A DNA stretch of 57,846 nucleotides from a virus. Taxonomy: Duplodnaviria; Caudoviricetes. Location of the stretch: IMG/VR virus record IMGVR_UViG_3300043394_000186, positions 1 to 57,846 of that record. One strand, written 5' to 3'. This document shows positions 54,701 through 57,846 of the stretch, piece after piece. The position numbers and the translations under genes were made by a program. Position 1 is the first letter of the stretch. The number at the start of each line of letters is the position of its first letter. Under the pieces are notes generated by a model that worked only from the letters and a program-made list of their open reading frames with translations, was not told the origin of the DNA and did no database searches.

Positions 54701-55917
54701 TGCCTGACCAGCTCAAGGTGCTGGCCGCCAAGACCGAGTCGAAGGTGGCCAAGGGTGTGGACACCGTGTGGAGTGCGATGTCGTTCTTCCTGCGCAAGCC
54801 TTTGGGCGTAGCGTACGAAGCCGAAGACCTGTACTTCCGCTACCTGATCTATCGAGACGCACGCGCCAAGGGCATGGAGCCTGAGAACGCTGTGACCTAT
54901 GCGCAGGAGTTCATCTTCACCTATGACGACCTGCCCAAGGGCGCACGCACGATCCGCGACGCACCGATCGGTATCCCGTTCTTCTCGTGGACCTACAAGG
55001 CGATCCCCATGATCGCCCGCACAGCGCTCGAGTACCCATGGCGCATGGCTGCCCCTGCGGCTGCCATGTACGCGGCCAACGCGGCCATGTATGCCATCGC
55101 TGCTGGCGCTGATGCAGGTGACGACGAGCCATGGTGGGAGGCGCTCAAGCGCTACGTCATGGACCCTGAGTTCCGCGATCAGGCCAAGCAGCTCGAGCAG
55201 CAGGAGCGCAAGAACCTCCCTGAGTGGCAGAAGGGCTTCAGCTCGATCGGCACGCCCAAGGCAATCCGTCTGGGCACCGATGACTTGACCAACCTGCCGC
55301 TGTTCTTGGACGTCAGCCGCATCTTCCCGGGCGGCGATCTGGGCGACTTCCACAACAATCTGGGGGGTGTGCCCCTGCCAGCATGGTTGACGCCAAATAA
55401 CCCTGTTCTGACCAGCCTGACGGCCTTCCTGCAGAACAAGGACTCGTTCACCGGCAAGGAGATCGTCAGCGCGAAGCTCGACACCGGCGGCGAGAAGTCA
55501 GCCAAGTGGGGCGAGTATGCGTGGCGTCAGTTCGCACCGGCCGTTGCTCCTTTCAACTACCACTTCGATCGCACGATGAATGCGGTGGCCAACGCCACCG
55601 GCACGACGATTGATCTGGGCGTGAAGGAGTACACCGGCGTGGACAAGATGGGCCAGCCTGTGCAGCCCAAGTACGCGGCCATGCAGACGTTCGGCCTCAA
55701 GGTCCGCCCGACAGACCTCGAGGTCTCCGAGCAGATCGAAGAGTCTCAGCGCAAGCAGTTGATCCGTGAACTCGACAAGCAGATCCGCCAGATCAAGCGC
55801 CTCGAGAACAAGGGCTACTACAGCGAGGAGAAGGCCGAGGCGATCACCGATCCGATCCGCGAGAAGCGTCAGCGCCTGAAGGAAGGCCTGACGATCACCG
55901 GCGAGGAGCGGGAATAA
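45730..55917 (+). CDS. Large polyvalent/internal virion protein (3395 aa)
   Basis: HEIYH zincin motif, ART-PolyVal-like SKVVD..GKPMVVYHGT module, LFVEEVQSDW module, LPD38-like C-terminus. Confidence 0.88.
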   Translation: MKFDINAARSSGYSDDEIADYLAKENKFDLSGALKSGYSASEVIGFLSGADAAPAAPAEAVTDTGDEAARLAARYKAPEKPGFIERAASALSSMLPKPVDPMGIASGKPLGNTQIRAEEPVKERKAPTPYRNRREALDDAVNLLEEGADQKAVTESFASAGIKFDEIVAHGQKRGSEYFKQQPGMEVADPEVARLAARYPAQPTGELKAYETSIGEDIANFAKRVAGRSSQAFTGLLANTGVIDEDQAAAALARDERRIQAARAPESIQSGFEEIGQAKTYGDAVTALARNPGATATMLAESVLMTAPVLAASAARLPAVGLAAATGGFSASLEYGGAMADVLSERRIDMLDANKLASALKDPEIIAEIRDKGTKRGLTIGIIDGLTAGIAGKFLEPVQKTIAAGKLASDAARRATVGAWAKELGAQVAGGSGGEFAAQQLTGENKPADVLLEGLGEGVSAPFEARSNLAASRKLDPAQQIADAISGVDFTQSGIDATVADRVRTEGISDQISPAATVASFTPADSPTAQAGLAPIVVPVPTAAPEANEQPPVLPEINPSTEQAFGLDTLRMGTTNVSTTGASGAAPAVGGVAGSDQLGGSVDLSGPDLTGTGQFAGGSARQPAANDGQDVAVGSAAIQQPAGVSAAQDNNAVAPRLVEPWFGRKGGGYTTLGDAEQAMPGRKRMFPDLEWKVEEMPNGKFMLAGYEITQQETTLGAQTPQAIQGQAQGQQAPAIAGAASPAMGEPVAVRGAAPTQGGDVTGFGAVATGPVAGPREAGTLTTPEGASTAGLTASLRLAPPAPVRAIGKAITTLRDKTGVEAEVDNAPLTDKQQAASAVARLLGRTVTYLKADTPASLPNGFMITGDSKNIFIANDAEDSPLTVAMHEIYHTLPDQQRKALNTQLAQYFRQDRRTEFAVEFQYDSKNDALLDEEIPAFMVQAISKREDFWQDLRTKMGNAEFGEVAKVILTKLNSIISGSKEQYGEEFVNKYITDVSKARDLLTTAYAEAMQAQGFKPDVAVTGDMMPSQRSRVDMNFKDVIKRTPELQAAAEKVKAGEMTAAEYDTLVNEAKPVEPYKSVPSPATVTDIQTALTSDKTERIGKASQLKAGHPVGLRLDIPAYANHGTWVVSVHEQEAGYNAGKSIGYEPVAAATNVNFGVVEKAAMNIASGKPKATIAVMKGNWKPTTPKQAYTAAQAALKSKDWVQVGMDPERHSYFYDRKTMEPVVSADEVLQIGPLVLAKKPVFGDKADFMFSNRAAPETPEFKKFFADSKVVDATGKPMVVYHGTSKEFSTFSLGYRGDDQGNDQYGPGYYTASSAETAGGYANGDGANIKPLYVSIKNPIEEGTKAFPRSVIERLMRASPSFYESLENFGDISFEGERKVVRGAVDGFEGFDNALLQLGTLQRDFWPNDAEGFLRAAKEITGHDGVTVESGGNKIFVAWTPEQIKSATGNDGQFDGSNPDIRRSNRAYEGAPDSLMGFKKSGPQTAYEDSRYKKEITVRVTFDNGNSMIDGMKGLNTPHAMERARRNWGGARIELLAEEPYTDDLAARFEAQSFEPNADVMPPEQIRADGIMFSLRKVEEINDAPEITMKDLVGQTVFPILADLTAAGYVYMGKELRGGPYYTLLPSNSKAGLIWANDGKGVASIKNKKAARGVIGLIVAMKQDSHATNNTVANIIFRAVEDEIQKGSVAKADIPKLDEIVRGLATRTATKTRKVDGKKVKETKQVFPKFADFPGFSDRAASEKFLRSMPFEARGLFFEEMTKPTVEDLGLGVVRKVINDTVEPDLRGLNMGDVVMAIRFDPNADTIELGAKTGTPEHDSYRYGVKGEVIGKFKRPISFENVFVELMKERRAAGKDRPAGNYRSLTLRKPEQLITEEIAGGVGQEKYKTFKTPAEAKAAVAAAAMDWKVIDRPAAAGVKEFLRTARIYGEGKVPSFGEAKMLIKDGRLSIFRLANTESWFSIESRGNKRVMTNAMVAQPGVERDMLFGDMVFQARANGATHIEEGGKVEPITEQKAMRRVAPIVSELSEMPDADIKNLGIDPKEVDRLNGLIGEGEEEFSAEALPVYSNRAKPEFFSQLERTIANVPAKLATQPASQWALWLDSNGPKQGVKKDEMEWSGIKDYLALRGKDKVTSADLQAYLKDGGVRVEETTLGAVDTDKILDDISNELYEKDYWDLSAKQQDVVVDKMDERYTSQTKYDKYTLPGGENYRELLITLPSKNPVAGISPVQAARVLYGKEYSTLTSEQQDDVKRKIADDKSPTSYMSSHWQQPNVLAHIRINDRTDADGNKVLFVEEVQSDWGQDGLKKGFKGKTQEDAKRFFGITDSDWSKTSEMDREAYRNEMLDSKGRDIIPIAPFVTKTEGWLNLALKRIAMMAVEEGYDKVAFVNGQQSADRYDLSKSISSISYEPGSKPENAGLLQAWDLDRQMVMSEMVTTDRIEDYVGKEVAVRLLETDKVMGKHMLDGENIKVGGKGMIKFYDEIVPQAITKLLPKLGGEKLGKVGIDVGLNSSMSYEIKEKDDGRFALRARADANSLWAPYGTYDTKALAEQRMSELKAESEASEQPGFDVTDKMRETVGQGLPMFSKRVQPTDWRDEAGRVRFMPGAVAYRYAADIANKLLDKTPLIGSLKPIDKDLALAMRRMKAEIENAQTRTAGVASKLGELPEDERKLISDVIEGELKRGVKPAKRVLEVAASMQSIMSEQSAELVRLGMLTSDAASRWDGKYLPRFYEQTLKNEASQWAKAAKALLGRKKTMQGIKGSNLKGRGIFETIPVDELEAWLAEGWEERDANFDPATDTEITVWRDYSRAERENMGEIRDAMFRFVMGYMKSQRDVALGRLYENLADTVASKSEKEGYVQVPKTNIEDTTARRYGKLSGKWVPQEVLDHLSAFDSSMEGDLLKVYRKALSMWKEGKTVLNPVAHANNVLSNLTMAHFAGVSYWDANKYLGAASDIVKGAPMLAEAREAGLFGGTVSQAELVSMLPDQLKVLAAKTESKVAKGVDTVWSAMSFFLRKPLGVAYEAEDLYFRYLIYRDARAKGMEPENAVTYAQEFIFTYDDLPKGARTIRDAPIGIPFFSWTYKAIPMIARTALEYPWRMAAPAAAMYAANAAMYAIAAGADAGDDEPWWEALKRYVMDPEFRDQAKQLEQQERKNLPEWQKGFSSIGTPKAIRLGTDDLTNLPLFLDVSRIFPGGDLGDFHNNLGGVPLPAWLTPNNPVLTSLTAFLQNKDSFTGKEIVSAKLDTGGEKSAKWGEYAWRQFAPAVAPFNYHFDRTMNAVANATGTTIDLGVKEYTGVDKMGQPVQPKYAAMQTFGLKVRPTDLEVSEQIEESQRKQLIRELDKQIRQIKRLENKGYYSEEKAEAITDPIREKRQRLKEGLTITGEERE
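47456..47662 (+). CDS. Nested gene 1 (68 aa) in the +1 frame of the polyvalent gene
   Basis: GGGGA RBS, ATG, strongly G/C-ending codons in this frame. Confidence 0.6.
   Translation: MSAQLAHLEPRLQWAVSQGAISLAEAWTFQDLISLAPDNSLVEAPDSLQPMMGRMWLLEVPPFNSLPA
47873..48103 (+). CDS. Nested gene 2 (76 aa) in the +1 frame of the polyvalent gene
   Basis: AGGAG RBS 7 nt before TTG; G/C-ending codons in this frame. Confidence 0.55.
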   Translation: MALKPLKPSKAKRKDSKHLPSLEQQAQQWVSQWRFEELRRRKAEMSLGSVQWRQDPSLDLAKLEPSLRQRVLQLLD

Positions 55918-55943
55918 GAAAGGGGGCCAAGGCCCCCTTCTTT
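55916..55943. terminator. Bidirectional terminator between converging genes
   Basis: AAGAAAGGGGGCC-AA-GGCCCCCTTCTTT. Confidence 0.85.
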
Positions 55944-56529
55944 ACACGAACTCGCGAAGGTTCGGTGGCTTCCAGCCTTCCGGCTTTCCGATCTTGCCGC
56001 CCTCGAGGATGACGGGCTTGCCATCCACCAGCTTGGCGTCGTTGGATGCGAGCACCACGACGTCGGCTGCGGGCTTGTTGAAGCCCGCCAAGTAGGCCAC
56101 GCCGTTGCCGGTCACGTCGGTGTCGCACAGGGCGTCCAGTGCGTCGTCGCGCAGGTGCGTCGGGATGTAGACGAACTGCTCGCGGCGCTTGAGCTTGCTG
56201 CCAAACCACTCGAGGTCATTGCAGGTCCGCTCCAGCAGCTTGGCGTAGCCCTCGCTGTCGGTGCGCAGGGTGCGCAGGAACTCGCAGAACTCCTCGATGT
56301 GGCACCCGACCTGCAGGCTCAGGTTTTCTGGGGTGGGCTCCTTGCCGCAGGCCTTGAGCCAGCGGGCGGTGCGGTCGAAGTTGGTCAGGTGCTCGCGCTG
56401 CAGACCATGCACGGCGCTGACCGCCATCTGGTGCGCACCGCTGGTCTCTTGGCCACCTTCGTCTCCGAAGTTCATGCTGATCTTGACCTCGTCGCCCTCG
56501 TCTTCAAATGTCACTGTTGCCTTGCTCAT
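55942..56529 (-). CDS. MazG-like (PRA-PH family) NTP pyrophosphohydrolase
   Basis: IEEFCEF, ALDALCD, SNDAK, GKIGKPEGWKPPNL. Confidence 0.82.
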   Translation of the reverse strand: MSKATVTFEDEGDEVKISMNFGDEGGQETSGAHQMAVSAVHGLQREHLTNFDRTARWLKACGKEPTPENLSLQVGCHIEEFCEFLRTLRTDSEGYAKLLERTCNDLEWFGSKLKRREQFVYIPTHLRDDALDALCDTDVTGNGVAYLAGFNKPAADVVVLASNDAKLVDGKPVILEGGKIGKPEGWKPPNLREFV

Positions 56530-56834
56530 GCCTCACCTCCCTCTGTGTCGATCGACTTGGCCCGTTGCCACTTGGGCAGGATCGGGTAGCGTTTGCCGTC
56601 GTGGTCGACCAGCCATGGCTCGGTGACCTCGTCGTTGCGAATGACGGTGCAGCCGTGGATCGACTCAGGCTCGAAGCCGGGTTCAACCCCCAGCTCGGTG
56701 CGCAGCTCTTCCATCCACCAGCCCGGGGCGGCGATGACCGGCAGCAGGGTCTCGCTCCACTTTTCGGGTGGGATCATTTCCTTCAGCGCCTGCAGCGAGT
56801 GCTGCACGTTGGCGATTGCGTAGGTTGTGCTCAT
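56526..56834 (-). CDS. Hypothetical protein
   Basis: ATG 56834 after a promoter; ATGA coupling to the MazG-like gene. Confidence 0.75.
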   Translation of the reverse strand: MSTTYAIANVQHSLQALKEMIPPEKWSETLLPVIAAPGWWMEELRTELGVEPGFEPESIHGCTVIRNDEVTEPWLVDHDGKRYPILPKWQRAKSIDTEGGEA

Positions 56835-56861
56835 TCCATTTTCTCTCTTTCTGTTGGTTGA

Positions 56862-56906
56862 AATATAAGCATTGTGATTATACGGCGTCCAATACTGCGC
56901 CGTCAC
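56862..56906 (-). promoter_or_regulatory. Promoter with TCACAATG box
   Basis: TATAAT (56877-82) and TATATT (56862-67) candidate -10 boxes flank the box at 56870-56879. Confidence 0.6.
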
Positions 56907-57090
56907 AAGTGAAAACACCGATCGCCAATAGGGGCCAGACGACTGTGTGAATTGGACGTGATATGTGCATTTCGTCAGCCAGATCAAGACCTTGCGCATC
57001 ACAATGCAAATACTGCTGCATTACCGGCGTGTGCCCGCCAAGCCAGTGTTCATGCGGTTCTTGGTTCGCTGTCAATTGGACTGTCCAAAA
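56880..57090. other. attP region with mutS-like core and arm-type repeats
   Basis: Directly downstream of int; GTCCAA/TTGGAC repeats at 56887, 56952, 57076, 57083; 57033-57007 (minus) encodes HTPVMQQYL. Confidence 0.75.
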
Positions 57091-57846
57091 CTCGGGCCAT
57101 GCACTACCGGCGTCTCGCGGTCTCGAAGGTAGCGGCTGGTCATGGCTGTGCTGGCGTGCCCAAGCAGTGCGGTGGCGTCCTTGCCTTGCTTCTTGGCGTT
57201 GGTCGCGGACATCGCACGGATGTCGCGCATCGTGGTGTCGGCGATGCCAGCCTTGGCGCAGGCGGCGTCCCACTGATCACGCACCGTCCGGTACGCTGGT
57301 GCCCCTCCGAGTCTGGTCCTGAACAGGGTCATGCCGTTGACCTTGCCGCCGACCGCTTTTGCCTGCTCGATGGCGGCACGCAGCTCGGGGGTCCATGCCA
57401 CCAGCAGTTTGGCGTCAGTCTTCTCTTGCCTGAAGTAGACCCCCTCCTCTCGGATAGCCGATCGCGGGAGGGTCGCAACGTCCATGATGCGCTGGCCGGT
57501 GAGGTAGGCGATGTCCATCATGAGCTGCAGTCTTAGCGCGGCCTTCGCACGGATCTTGAAGAACTCCTCGTGCTCAATCAGCCGGTCTCGCCTCTTCTCG
57601 CGCAGACGGTAGACGCCTGTGCATGGGTTGCTGTCAACGATGCCGTGCTTGACGGCGTAGGTGAACACCAAACGCAGCACGCTCAAGCACCGGTTGGCCA
57701 TGTTGGGTGTACTGGATAGCCCCTCCTGCATGGCGTAGACGGTGCTCTGCTTGACTTGATGGGGCGCGAACTCCTCGAAGATGCCCTGCAGCTTTCGCAC
57801 CGCGATCATGTACTGCCGTGCCGTCGATGCCTTGACGTCGCGTGTG
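57072..57846 (-). CDS. int: Tyrosine integrase, 3' part (catalytic domain)
   Basis: TGQRIMD (R), QEKT (K), RDIR (H-x-x-R variant), LLGH, RYL (Y) motifs. Confidence 0.93.
   Translation of the reverse strand, partial: TRDVKASTARQYMIAVRKLQGIFEEFAPHQVKQSTVYAMQEGLSSTPNMANRCLSVLRLVFTYAVKHGIVDSNPCTGVYRLREKRRDRLIEHEEFFKIRAKAALRLQLMMDIAYLTGQRIMDVATLPRSAIREEGVYFRQEKTDAKLLVAWTPELRAAIEQAKAVGGKVNGMTLFRTRLGGAPAYRTVRDQWDAACAKAGIADTTMRDIRAMSATNAKKQGKDATALLGHASTAMTSRYLRDRETPVVHGPSFGQSN
57649..57846. repeat. Terminal direct repeat, right copy
   Basis: Matches 1-198 with one mismatch. Confidence 0.97.

Noticed and set aside
57051-57075. TTGACA at the int stop as the -35 of a promoter for the rebuilt mutS
   Set aside because: No convincing -10 hexamer at 16-18 bp spacing.

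Overview
The window is a complete, circularly assembled temperate dsDNA phage genome of about 57.65 kb. Positions 1-198 repeat at 57649-57846 with one mismatch, and the join splits the integrase. It is GC-rich and podovirus-like; a Gram-negative, probably betaproteobacterial, host is an inference. The left arm (minus strand) carries int/xis, an SF2 helicase, a Cas4-like nuclease, an SSB-like protein, an AAA recombinase and small early genes. A cI/cro switch follows. The rightward arm carries a primase-polymerase, RusA, a Q-like gene, accessory genes, terminases, portal, N4-type capsid, tail tubular proteins, fibres, an expanded lysis cassette (GH19 endolysin, Rz with embedded Rz1), ejection proteins and a 3395-aa polyvalent protein. 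Most notable: (1) the attP region encodes a MutS-like N-terminus (HTPVMQQYL) whose TTG start overlaps the int stop codon, suggesting integration into mutS with phage-supplied mutS expression; (2) a TCACAATG box, found 13 times, sits in or near most predicted promoters, and three late promoters share a short-leader-plus-terminator design; (3) a Q-rich protein keeps an 11-residue register over 63 periods; (4) two genes appear nested in the +1 frame of the polyvalent gene, whose modules are joined by a recurrent (F/Y)S-x-R linker. All family calls come from reading motifs by eye; no searches were run.
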